NCBI GenBank assembly: GCA_963665815.1
Contig: OY762463.1
Location: 1,280,001-1,344,000, forward strand
Reading direction: 5' to 3'
DNA: 64,000 nt
Source: Candidatus Cloacimonadales bacterium
GTDB lineage: Bacteria > Cloacimonadota > Cloacimonadia > Cloacimonadales > JAIOQZ01
Part shown: in pieces, positions 38,380 through 48,500 of the stretch
Position numbering within the stretch: position 1 is the first letter of the stretch
Layout of the letters: the number at the start of each line of letters is the position of its first letter
Notes under the pieces: model-generated
Told to the model about the DNA's origin: nothing
The model's database searches: none
The model's input: the letters and a program-made list of their open reading frames with translations, nothing else
Position numbers and translations under genes: made by a program

Positions 38380-38928
38380 TTAGACTCCACCTTTTTTGCC
38401 AAAACATGGTTTAAGCTGATCTCATAAGGCATCTTCAATAGCTTGAACAAAACAATTATTGTAACCTTCAATCTTGCAATAATGAAGCTCGATTATTTCC
38501 TTAAGCTCTCCACACCATCTTTTCATATGCATTGCATAAGTACCTTTATGACCAGCCCCAAGATGTTGTCTTATGCGATTTCTCAATTTATGGGAACGCC
38601 CAAAATATAAATACTGTCCGCTAGCTGCATTATTATTCAACATTGGTAAGTCATTTCCGTTAGAACTACCTTTTAATTCCTTCATTGCTGAATATAATTC
38701 TTTTATGGCCTACTTTCACCAACAACTTTGAAAAAGTAAATATAGTTTTCCTCTTTGTCTCCTACAGGAATTTCTTTTAGCTTCGTTTCTTTATAAATGT
38801 CTTTTGTACTTAGCTCAATAGTATAGAATTCAGGGAAGTCAAAACTATTCATTATCTTTGCACTATCTTTTAGAGACTTAATGCTATTTTGTTTAGCCTT
38901 TTATCAGAGTATCTGATCTAATTGGCAT
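38380..38928 (-). pseudogene. Degraded GIY-YIG-type nuclease gene
   Basis: Reconstructable as MPIRSDTLIK/AKQNS...NYIYFFKV.../...LYFGRSHKLRNRIRQHL...EDAL*DQLKPCFGKKGG, with two frameshifts (~38897, ~38710) and a TGA at 38422. Confidence 0.7.
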
Positions 38929-38941
38929 TTTTATTCCCTAT

Positions 38942-39982
38942 TCAATCCGTATCAAACACAATCATTTCAGTATCATCGCTGTAGTTGGCAAATCGTACGG
39001 ATTGTGCTTCCTTTATTCTGGAGAGAGTTGTCTGTATACGCTCAATAGAATCGTCTATTTTCTCAATATATTTACTGTTACGACCCTCAAAGCTACCTTC
39101 AGGAAGATTCATTCCAAGCATTTCAAGATTCGCTTTCAGAACCATTAAGGGTTGGTTAATCTCGTGACTGGCAGTAACAGCTATTGCCAAAGCCGATTTG
39201 TTTCTCTCATCCTGTGCAATCTTTTTAGCATTCTCGGCGAGTTTTCTGTCTGTAATATCCCTGGAGTTGATAATTATTCCTCTTATTGCAGGTTCTCTAA
39301 GCATGTTGCTGGCAATTATTTCCAGAATTCTCCAACTCCCGTCCCTATGCTCGATCCTTATTTCTGATCTTTGAGATTTCTCAGGATAGTCAACTAGACT
39401 TTCAATAATCTCTTCAGCCTTTTTTCTATCCTCAGGATGGACAAACTGAAGTATTGATGAACCGGATTTATTTGGATCATAACCCATAATTTTTTCTGCA
39501 GCTGCACTATTAAACAGAATATGACCCTTATGATCTATGATTGTTGTGATATCAGATGAATTCATTGTCAGCATACGAAATCTTGTTTCACTGTCCCTGA
39601 TAGCTTTTTCAATCTTGTAGTTATGCATGGCAACCTCTATAATAACTCGCAGTTCTCTTTTCTGGTAAGGTTTTAAAATATAACCAAATGGGTGAGTTAT
39701 TTTTGCTCTTTCCAGAAGTTCTACATCAGTATATCCTGTAGAGAATACGACTGGAATATCATAAGCATCTTTAATCAGTTGCGCAGTCTGAATACCATCT
39801 AAATTTCCTGACAGCATTATATCCATAAGAATCAGATCCGGCTTGACTTTCTTGAGCACCTCAAGTGTCTTCTCTCCTGAGTTTACAATATCAAGCACAG
39901 CATAATCCAGTTCTTCCAAAAGTTCTTTCAAAGGCTGGGCGACTTCTTGATTGTCTTCAACCAGCAATATAAATCCGTTCAT
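38942..39982 (-). CDS. Response regulator receiver-PAS-HisKA protein lacking an HATPase domain
   Basis: REC (VED, LMD, T, KP); PAS (VHPED...DGSWR...RDIT); H-box ASHEINQPL; ends without N/G boxes. Confidence 0.88.
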   Translation of the reverse strand: MNGFILLVEDNQEVAQPLKELLEELDYAVLDIVNSGEKTLEVLKKVKPDLILMDIMLSGNLDGIQTAQLIKDAYDIPVVFSTGYTDVELLERAKITHPFGYILKPYQKRELRVIIEVAMHNYKIEKAIRDSETRFRMLTMNSSDITTIIDHKGHILFNSAAAEKIMGYDPNKSGSSILQFVHPEDRKKAEEIIESLVDYPEKSQRSEIRIEHRDGSWRILEIIASNMLREPAIRGIIINSRDITDRKLAENAKKIAQDERNKSALAIAVTASHEINQPLMVLKANLEMLGMNLPEGSFEGRNSKYIEKIDDSIERIQTTLSRIKEAQSVRFANYSDDTEMIVFDTD

Positions 39983-40122
39983 AAGAATCTCCGCAATTGT
40001 AATATTATTTACTTGCTATTAACACTTTTACAAATTATTATGGAAAAGTCAAATAAAAAACTATGCTAAAATTATGTCACCTTGTTAAATACATAAAACA
40101 ATGAATAAACAAAGGATTAACC

Positions 40123-40764
40123 ATGTGCGGTAGATTTGCTATGTACTCAAGTTTACAGGATTTGCTGAAATATATAAAAACAGTATCAGGTCGGGATGTC
40201 TATACTCCAAGCTATAACATAAGTCCGGGGCAATATGCACCAGCGATTAAACTCAGTGATAATATGTTAATAATTGATAAGTTTAAATGGGGCATTGATT
40301 ATACATATAAAAATAAAAGAAGTCTATTAGTTAACAGCAGAATAGAAACATTAACAGACAGAAAAAAAATCAGAACCAATAGCAGATTCACAAAATGTGT
40401 AATTCCGGCAAATGGATTCTACGAGTGGAAAAGTAGAAAGAAGCCATTTTACTGCTACTCCAAGACGAGTAATCTACTGTTTCTCGGAGGAATCATACTG
40501 AGAAATGAGAATACAGAGCAGTTTTCAATTATTACAAGAGAATCGCAAGGAATATTGCAGGATTTGCATCACAGAATGCCATTAATGATTACTGAAAGCA
40601 TAATGACAGATTGGTTGTCTTCAGATTGGGGAGCTATTCTGCCGGAGTTTGACTTTAATGATCTTGTAATGCATCCGATATCAACAGAGATTAATAGTGT
40701 AAAGAATAATTATCCTGAATTGATAGAACAACAAAAAACTGACCAACTGGAACTGGTTTTCTGA
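40123..40764 (+). CDS. SOS response-associated peptidase (SRAP/YedK/HMCES) abasic-site protein
   Basis: MCGRF, YNISP, NSR.ET, GFYEW, HHRMP. Confidence 0.93.
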   Translation: MCGRFAMYSSLQDLLKYIKTVSGRDVYTPSYNISPGQYAPAIKLSDNMLIIDKFKWGIDYTYKNKRSLLVNSRIETLTDRKKIRTNSRFTKCVIPANGFYEWKSRKKPFYCYSKTSNLLFLGGIILRNENTEQFSIITRESQGILQDLHHRMPLMITESIMTDWLSSDWGAILPEFDFNDLVMHPISTEINSVKNNYPELIEQQKTDQLELVF

Positions 40765-41616
40765 TCAACCTAACTCAAAAGATGTTATACCATAGATTTT
40801 ACGGATTGGAGTATCGGGAATAATTTTATTATACATTCTGACCGTCTCAAAAACCGGATTCATCTTGTATCTTTTAACAAGTTCATGTGCTGAGTAATTT
40901 GGTTCAGGAATATCGAGATATACAGCTTTATCTTTTTCCACAACCGAAAGAAGTGATTGCATTAAATGGTCTGCTTCGTGAAAAGAAGATGAAAACAGCG
41001 GACCGATTTTGTATCCGTCATAGCACTTCCTAATTGTTGCATATCCGGCAACCTGATCATAATTCATCTTAAGGAAAGTTCTTGATTCAGGGTCTGCAAT
41101 CCAGTTTCTCAAGAAGTCATTTCTTTCTACTCCGAATATTTCAGCATCAAAATGATAAAGCTTATCTGTAAAAGAATCGGATATTGCTGTTATTTGAGGA
41201 TGTTTACTGAATGCATCTTTCATTTCAAGCTTGTATCTGATATTCTTATGAGCAAACTTGAATCCTTGTTTTTCATAGTTAACCTGCTGTTCAAGTACGC
41301 CATCCAATCCTACATTACATTCTGAAAGATAATCCATGGCATGATTCCAAATTTTTATACCGTATCCCTTACCTCTATACTCTTCTTTAGTAATATAAAA
41401 TCCAATGAATCCATATTCGTTATGATAGTTCACTGCAGAAATACAAGTAACAGGTTCACCGTTAAGATAACCAATGAAAAAGCCATCAGGATCAGCGTTA
41501 TAGAAAGATTTCCAATCATTTAACCCTGGATTCCAACCTTCCTTACCGGCTGAATCGATCAGAAAATTCATATCAGCAAGTTCAATTCGTTTAATTTTGT
41601 AATCAGTCATTATCAT
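40765..41616 (-). CDS. Tandem GNAT acetyltransferase (YitH/HolE-like)
   Basis: EGWNPG, YRGKGYG, GLDGV..Q..NY, YKIGPLF, FET.RMY, GITSFELG. Confidence 0.88.
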   Translation of the reverse strand: MIMTDYKIKRIELADMNFLIDSAGKEGWNPGLNDWKSFYNADPDGFFIGYLNGEPVTCISAVNYHNEYGFIGFYITKEEYRGKGYGIKIWNHAMDYLSECNVGLDGVLEQQVNYEKQGFKFAHKNIRYKLEMKDAFSKHPQITAISDSFTDKLYHFDAEIFGVERNDFLRNWIADPESRTFLKMNYDQVAGYATIRKCYDGYKIGPLFSSSFHEADHLMQSLLSVVEKDKAVYLDIPEPNYSAHELVKRYKMNPVFETVRMYNKIIPDTPIRKIYGITSFELG

Positions 41617-41893
41617 CCTCCATCAATAATATATTCAATATCTTTGAAATAGAAAGATTTAAATTTTCACGAGATCCATCCGATAACTAAAATAATAACT
41701 ATCTCTGTCTGAGATGTCTTAAGCCTGGTGCAATATAGCAAATTTCTTGACAATAACAATGATATACTATTTAATAAGGTTTAATGCTCCTGATATTACA
41801 TGTAGAGTTATTTTCTTTGCAAAGTTGATTATAGAATTAAAACTTCTAAAAACAAATATCCGGAGTTTTTAAATATCCTTCCAAGGATTTATA

Positions 41894-42955
41894 ATGATAG
41901 AAAAAAATCAAGGTACAATACTAATAGCTGATGATGTGCCGGTAAATCTTAAGATTATCAGCAGGATTTTTGAAAAAGCAGCAAACTACAATATTATTAC
42001 AGCAGTGAACGGTATTGAAGCAATTAGAAAAATAAAAGAGCATCATCCTGATCTTGTCCTTCTTGATGTGATAATGCCGGAAGCTGATGGTTATCAAGTT
42101 GCAGAGTTTATTCGTGATTCTGAGACATACAGCGATATCCCTGTAATTTTCATGACCGGAATAGACGATGCTGAGTTCAGAGAAAAGTTTCCTGTTACAG
42201 GTGCAAAAGACTATATTTCTAAACCCATAGATAAAGATCTTCTTATTTTCAGGGTGAAAGTAAACATTGAGCTGAAACGGGCAAAAGATGAGTTGTTGAA
42301 AAACCAGAAGCTTATTCAGGATAAAGAATATCTGCTTCTAAATCTCATTGATGAGCAGACAAATGAGTTAATGGAAGTAGTCTGGGCAATTGTTGCATCT
42401 CTTGAGAATTCAAATCATATCTATCATGGAGAAACCAAGAACCATTTAATCAGAATCAGAGAATATTGTAATATTCTAGCTGAGAAATACGGCTGCAATG
42501 CTGATTTCATCAGAAAAGTACGTCTATTTTCTTCATTGCATGATATTGGAAAAATATGTATCCCGGAGAACATTCTGAAGAAACCGGATTCTCTTACTGT
42601 TCAAGAATTTGATGCGGTAAAAAGCCATGTATACTGCGGCTATAAAATGATCCAGGACAGCAATGTTGATGAGATTGCAAAAAATATTATCAAGTTTCAT
42701 CATGAAAAATGGGATGGAACAGGCTATCTTGAAGGCCTTTCAGGATATGACATTCCGTTGGAAGCTCGAATTGTAGCTGTCGCTGATGTCTATGATGCAC
42801 TTTCTTTCCAGACAGTATACAAAGAATCTTTATCTGAGGATAAAACAAAAGCCCTGATGTTTGAAGCAAGTGGATTTCATTTTGAACCACGTCTTGTCGA
42901 ATTGCTTTATGATAACATTAACGATTTTATTGAAATAAAAGAACATTATTCCTGA
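41894..42955 (+). CDS. Response regulator with HD-GYP phosphodiesterase domain (RpfG-like)
   Basis: REC (ADD, LLD, KP); ET.NH, LHDIGK, HHEKWDGTGYL, ARIVAVADVYDAL. Confidence 0.92.
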   Translation: MIEKNQGTILIADDVPVNLKIISRIFEKAANYNIITAVNGIEAIRKIKEHHPDLVLLDVIMPEADGYQVAEFIRDSETYSDIPVIFMTGIDDAEFREKFPVTGAKDYISKPIDKDLLIFRVKVNIELKRAKDELLKNQKLIQDKEYLLLNLIDEQTNELMEVVWAIVASLENSNHIYHGETKNHLIRIREYCNILAEKYGCNADFIRKVRLFSSLHDIGKICIPENILKKPDSLTVQEFDAVKSHVYCGYKMIQDSNVDEIAKNIIKFHHEKWDGTGYLEGLSGYDIPLEARIVAVADVYDALSFQTVYKESLSEDKTKALMFEASGFHFEPRLVELLYDNINDFIEIKEHYS

Positions 42956-42960
42956 TATTC

Positions 42961-43710
42961 ATGAACTATAAAGTTAAGATAAAAAGGAAAGTCGGTACTG
43001 CCATTCAGGATTTTAAAATGATTTCTGATGGAGACAGAATTTTAGTATGTCTATCAGGGGGAAAGGACTCTTGGGTAATGTTGGACATGCTTTCACAACT
43101 CAAGAAGAAAGCTCCTGTCAATTTCGAGCTGGAAGCTTTAAAGATAGACTATCCTCATAATCCCGAAGATAATATGAGAATTAAGAATGCTGCTGTAACT
43201 GAATACAACATAAATTGTACAATCCTTGATACAAATACAGAGAGTATAATTGACTCGGTAAAAGATAAATCAAAATCGCATTGTGCTTTATGTTCTCGTC
43301 TGAGACGTGGCTTTATTTATTCTTATGCATTCAAACATGGATATAACAAAATTGCACTTGGACATCACATGAATGATACGAATGAAACTCTTCTGATGAA
43401 TCTTTTTTTTAGTGGTATCATGAAGGGCATGGCTCCGGTTCTCAGATCTGATGATAACAGAAATACTGTTATCAGACCTTTAATCTATGTTAAGGAATCC
43501 TGGATTGCAGCCTATGCAGAGCAACTTGAGCTTCCTTTATTCAAGGATGAATGTCGTTTCTACGACCAGAAAGAGAGAAGCAGAGTTAAAAAGCTCTTGA
43601 ATTCTCTTGAACAGGAGATTCCGGATATTCAAAATAATATGCTGGCTGGTCAGGGAAATATTGCATTGTCCCATTTACTGGACAAAAAAGCAAACAACTT
43701 CCCTGAGTAA
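42961..43710 (+). CDS. ttcA: tRNA 2-thiocytidine biosynthesis protein TtcA
   Basis: PP-loop SGGKDS, CALCSRLRRG, ALGHH.ND, VIRPL. Confidence 0.9.
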   Translation: MNYKVKIKRKVGTAIQDFKMISDGDRILVCLSGGKDSWVMLDMLSQLKKKAPVNFELEALKIDYPHNPEDNMRIKNAAVTEYNINCTILDTNTESIIDSVKDKSKSHCALCSRLRRGFIYSYAFKHGYNKIALGHHMNDTNETLLMNLFFSGIMKGMAPVLRSDDNRNTVIRPLIYVKESWIAAYAEQLELPLFKDECRFYDQKERSRVKKLLNSLEQEIPDIQNNMLAGQGNIALSHLLDKKANNFPE

Positions 43711-43756
43711 GAGTATAACTCAAGACTCTTCTTTTGAAACCAGGTTTGGTTCTATC

Positions 43757-44548
43757 TTACCAGCGGCCACACATCGTAGATTCGAGTTCAAGATACTCTG
43801 TCAATTCCTTATGATCGTAATTGATAAGACGCTTATTCTGCTTAAAATTGTACTTCACACTTTCAAGATATTCCAGAACATACTGTTTTACAAGTTCATC
43901 AAAATTCTCTTCCGGGAACACCTTATCAATCAGTTTCAATTCAAGAAGCTCGTTAGTATGAATTGGTCTCTTTGAGTACAAAAGTCGCAAAGCATCAGAT
44001 TTACCAACATATTTCTGCAATAAAAATGGTAGTGCTCCACTGGGGTGAAGCCCATATTTGTTATGAATGGGAATAAAATTAGTATCGTTGGTTGATATTC
44101 TGAGATCTGCCGACAACGCAGTACCGAAGAATGGAGTTGAGATCTGTCCTTTGAATGCAGATATCACAGGTTTCTTAAAAGTATAAAAGGCAAGGATTGT
44201 CCTGTTGATAACAGTCAATTCTCGCCCTCTAATAAGTTCTTTCTGTCGATCGTGTTTTTTTTTGAAACAATTGTTGTCCTGATCCTTTGCCATCAATTTG
44301 TCCATGAAGTTATCATAAGCTTTTTCTCCAAGAACATCTTTTTCGTTCAATAAACATAATGCCTTGACTTCAGGATTGTCTTCAACCATATTGAAAACTT
44401 CGAACATCTCTGCAACCCGATTCAGGTTGACAACTAATTTGAATACTTCACCTTTTACACGAATGAAGTATATACCTTCAGAGATAAATGACTCGTAAAA
44501 CTCGTTACTTACCTCTACAGATTGCATAGCTTTCATTATTTCCTCCAA
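43757..44548 (-). CDS. Crotonase/enoyl-CoA hydratase-fold protein (divergent)
   Basis: KKPVISA..G, ALSADLRI, GLHP.G...LL..YVG, LIDKVFP. Confidence 0.75.
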   Translation of the reverse strand: MEEIMKAMQSVEVSNEFYESFISEGIYFIRVKGEVFKLVVNLNRVAEMFEVFNMVEDNPEVKALCLLNEKDVLGEKAYDNFMDKLMAKDQDNNCFKKKHDRQKELIRGRELTVINRTILAFYTFKKPVISAFKGQISTPFFGTALSADLRISTNDTNFIPIHNKYGLHPSGALPFLLQKYVGKSDALRLLYSKRPIHTNELLELKLIDKVFPEENFDELVKQYVLEYLESVKYNFKQNKRLINYDHKELTEYLELESTMCGRW

Positions 44549-44609
44549 TCTATTACATCTCTAATAATAAGATAAGTGAAAATTTGCGATTGGAAAAATA
44601 TTTTTTATA

Positions 44610-45203
44610 CTATGCTAAAATACCGTTATGCACTATATCTTTGAATTTCATACCAAGTTCCACAGGATCAAGTTCTGTATCAAGTAACAGCCATTTTGTC
44701 ATTGAATAATCCATATATCCCATGAGCATTGTTGTAAAGGTTTCAACATCCAGGTCTTTTCTATATTCTCCCTGATCAACAGCTTCCTGAATCAGGGAAG
44801 TAAGATGATCCATGAAAACCTTAACAGGTCTGTATTCAGGATACTTCTTGATAAATTCAGGACTCTGTCTTAGCTCCAGCAATACGAAACGAGCCATTGA
44901 CTTGTTTTCTACATAAGTATTAATATGTGCTATAACAAAATTCTCTATTTTCCCTCTCGCAGAATCACAGTCATCTTCAATGGATTTAAGTTTATTAAGA
45001 ACTTGTTCTGAGTAGTATTCAAATGATTTAATCAAAATGTCGTCTTTGTTGATAAAATAGTTATACAGTGTACCTTCAGAAACACCAGCTTTTTTTGCAA
45101 GTTCCGGTGTTCTTGTATTATGAAATCCTTTTTCAGAAAACAGTACTATAGCCGCATCAATTATAGACTGTCTTTTATCCTTTAATCTTAGTCTCTTATA
45201 CAT
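44610..45203 (-). CDS. TetR/AcrR family regulator (FadR/YsiA-like)
   Basis: IIDAA..LFSEKGF.NT...LAKKAGVSEGTLYNYF.NKDD; AAGGAG RBS. Confidence 0.93.
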   Translation of the reverse strand: MYKRLRLKDKRQSIIDAAIVLFSEKGFHNTRTPELAKKAGVSEGTLYNYFINKDDILIKSFEYYSEQVLNKLKSIEDDCDSARGKIENFVIAHINTYVENKSMARFVLLELRQSPEFIKKYPEYRPVKVFMDHLTSLIQEAVDQGEYRKDLDVETFTTMLMGYMDYSMTKWLLLDTELDPVELGMKFKDIVHNGILA

Positions 45204-45527
45204 TTCATCTCCTTCTTTCCCGACATTCAGAAATTACAGGACAGATGTCAAGTAGTTTTGTAAGTTTTTTGACAGTTTTTGTCTGTTTTTGTCTATATTT
45301 TACACTACAGCTTCATATTACAGAAAGTTTTCATATTGTCTTTTATACTATTATGTTCCGATTGTAATATAAATCACCATTCACTTTACTATACTTGACA
45401 TTCATTCGAGAAGCATTAACAATATGAGAAGTTACTCATATCATATAATATCGTCCTTACATCTTATTGAGCTTGACATTGAAATTTATTTTTGTTTAAT
45501 AGATTCAGGAAAAACTTCGGGGGAAAT

Positions 45528-48500
45528 ATGATTATTGATTCCAGATATGAGGTTATAGAACAGTTAGGTATAGGAGTCTGGGCTACAGTTTACAAAGTAC
45601 TGGATCTCAGAACAAATAAAATTCATGCTTTAAAACTGTTTCAGAACCTTGATGCAAACTCCATGTATGAGAAATTCTCAGCAGAGGATATGTACCACAT
45701 TACTCAAATTGAACATCCAAACATAATCCCGGTTACAAACTTTGGTAATTATGGGAAGCATATATATTATATTAGCGAGTTCTTTGAAGGAAAAACATTG
45801 AGTAATTTTGTTTTCAAAAAGTTTAATCTTGAACTACTGTATGATATCATTGTTCAAGTCTGCTATGCCCTCAATGCTCTTCATCTTCATAATATTATTC
45901 ATAAAGATTTGAAACCGGACAATATCATGTACACAATACGTAATAACAAACCCTACGTAAAAGTACTTGATTTTGGTTTTTCAAAAATTGATGTAGAAAA
46001 AAAGCAACAGAATATCAGTGGAAATCTCCCTTATGTTGCTCCTGAAATCTATCTTGGAAGAGGAGCAAGAATACAGAGTGATTTTTATTCACTCGGTGTT
46101 ACTTTATACAAAATTACAACAGGATCTCTTCCCTATTCTCCCGAAAAAATCACAAGTCTGATTGCAGGCAATCATCAAAACTTTTTCCCGAATTTTCCCA
46201 GAGTATTAAACTCGAATATTCCTCCTCAACTGGAAAAGCTGATAATGAAGCTTCTTGAAAAGAACCCGGACAACAGATATAAGAGTATTGAGGAAATCCT
46301 GTCATACATAAACCGGATCCAGTTAAAGAAATATCAGTTTTCTCAGAAAAAGTCTGCTGTAACAACACTCAAGTACAAATCATACTTCGTGAGAGAAGAT
46401 TATGCAAGGCAGCTTCTGGACTACATACCTATAATAAGAAATGGGAATGGTAAGCTCGTTGTTGTAATTGGAGGTGAAGGACTTGGAAAAGATTCAATGC
46501 TTTCTCTTTTCAGATATCATTTGCTCTCTGACGAACAATTCACATTTGATTATACATGCAGTGCAAAAAACCGAGATCCGTTCTTCGCTCTGATAAAAGA
46601 GTTTCATTATTATGTAAAAAGAAACAAGCGACTTGAAAAAGACTTAACAAAAATATCTCTGAAGTTCAGGAAATATTTGTATGAGTCAGAAGAAAATGCA
46701 GATAAAATTTCAGAGAAAAAAGATGAACTGGAGCTGGATTATGAATCAGCAAGAAACTTCATCTTTCACCTTTCCGATGAGAAACCACTAGTATTCATAA
46801 TCAAAGCCGGTCATTATCTAACAAAAGACACTATCGATTTTGTAAACTATATATCAAATGAGATATCTGAGAAAAAAGTACTGATCATTATCAGTGTAGA
46901 CGATCCAAGTTCATTGAGTGGACTTATCCATACGATCCAGTTTAAGATTAATCCGTTAAATGTTAATCAGACACACACATATATTCAGAAAATATTGAAT
47001 AATTCAGTCCCTCTGGATTTCTCACAGCAAATCTGGAAAAGATCTAACGGCAATCCTCAGTTCTGCCGTGATATCATTATAGATCTGACAGATAAAAAAA
47101 TTATATGGAAGAATAATAACTACAATTTCGATATTGATTTAAGTAATTATATTCTGCCTATGCATATAAGGCATTCAATCTATACAAGAATGAGTTATTT
47201 ATCCAAGGAGGTATACCTTGGAATGCAAAAACTGTCTATTTGCCAGACACCATTGACAAAAGCCCTTATTCAACATATTCTTCAGGTTGACGAAAGAGAT
47301 GTATTCTTTCTGATACATGAATCAAACAATAATGAGCTCTTATATAAACGAGGTCAGTATTATCATTTTTCATTCAAAGAAGCTAAAACAAGAATGTTTA
47401 ATGAATGCGATGAACAATTGATTCAGGATGTCTCACTAAAAGTTCTGGATTTCTTCAGGAATATTGAAATAGAGTCAGCCGAAATTTGCGACGGTATAAT
47501 CAGAAATGCTCTAATGATAGAGAACTGGCAAAACGTAAGACAATACAGACTTCAATTAGTGAATATTCATAGTGAGAACTACAAGCAGCTGCTGGCATTC
47601 AGAGAAATCTGCAAAGTAATTGAACTGGATTTTTCAGGAAAAACAGAATTAAAAAAATCTGAAATCATGTCTGACTTATCATTGTTTCAGGAGAAAGCAG
47701 AGTTAACTGGATCAATACAAATTGCCATGTCACTGATGGACTCAATAGCCAATCTACCGGACTTATTTGAAAAGCATTATATAAGAGCAAGCTTTCTCAT
47801 GGGACTGGAACATCATGCAAAAGCAAGCAGACTTTTTGAAAAAGCTCTTCAATATGCAATAACAGGACGTCAGCGTGTTTCAACGATAATAAATCTAACA
47901 TGGACATTGCTCAGGCTTAACAAAATATCAAAAGCTAAGAAATACTTGAAACTACTTGAAGGGGTCCCAATGACTCCAGATCTTAGAGTATCATATATAG
48001 ACAGAAAAGCACTTGTTCAGGAACGTGATGGACATCTTCTCGAAGCTATTCAATTCGTTGAAAATTTCCTCAGTTCTCCTCCAAAAGATAACTCTACAAA
48101 TTTTCTTGTAAAATTAGGCTCAATGCATAACAATCTCGCATATATGTACAGTAACAACAGAAATATTGAACAAGCATATATACATTTCGAACATGCCCGA
48201 ACCATTTGGGAAAAAGTTGAATATGAACGTTCTCTTGGACTTGTTTATAACAATCTGGGGGACCTTGCTTTGAAACAAGGTGATACGAAGACAGCTTTTG
48301 AACATTTTGACAAAGCTTTTTCCGTATGCCAGAAAGTTGACCAGAAACGCGGTCAGGCTCTGGTCTATATTAATTATGGAGAAGCCTACATCAAGCTGGG
48401 AAGATTCAAAAAAGCTGAAGAGTATCTGCTGACTGCAAAAGATATTATCACATCTATCAATTCAACTGAATATACAGAGTCAATAATGAGTAATCTGGCA

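Noticed and set aside
38422-38424. TGA recoding (selenocysteine or genetic code 4/25)
   Set aside because: The same gene also has two frameshifts, and TGA serves as a normal stop in many core genes here (ftsQ, murC, rsmH).
42700-42740. GYL instead of GYP in the HD-GYP protein as a sign of inactivity
   Set aside because: Metal ligands (H, HD, HH, D) are intact, and a single change in the GYP loop is not enough to claim loss of function.
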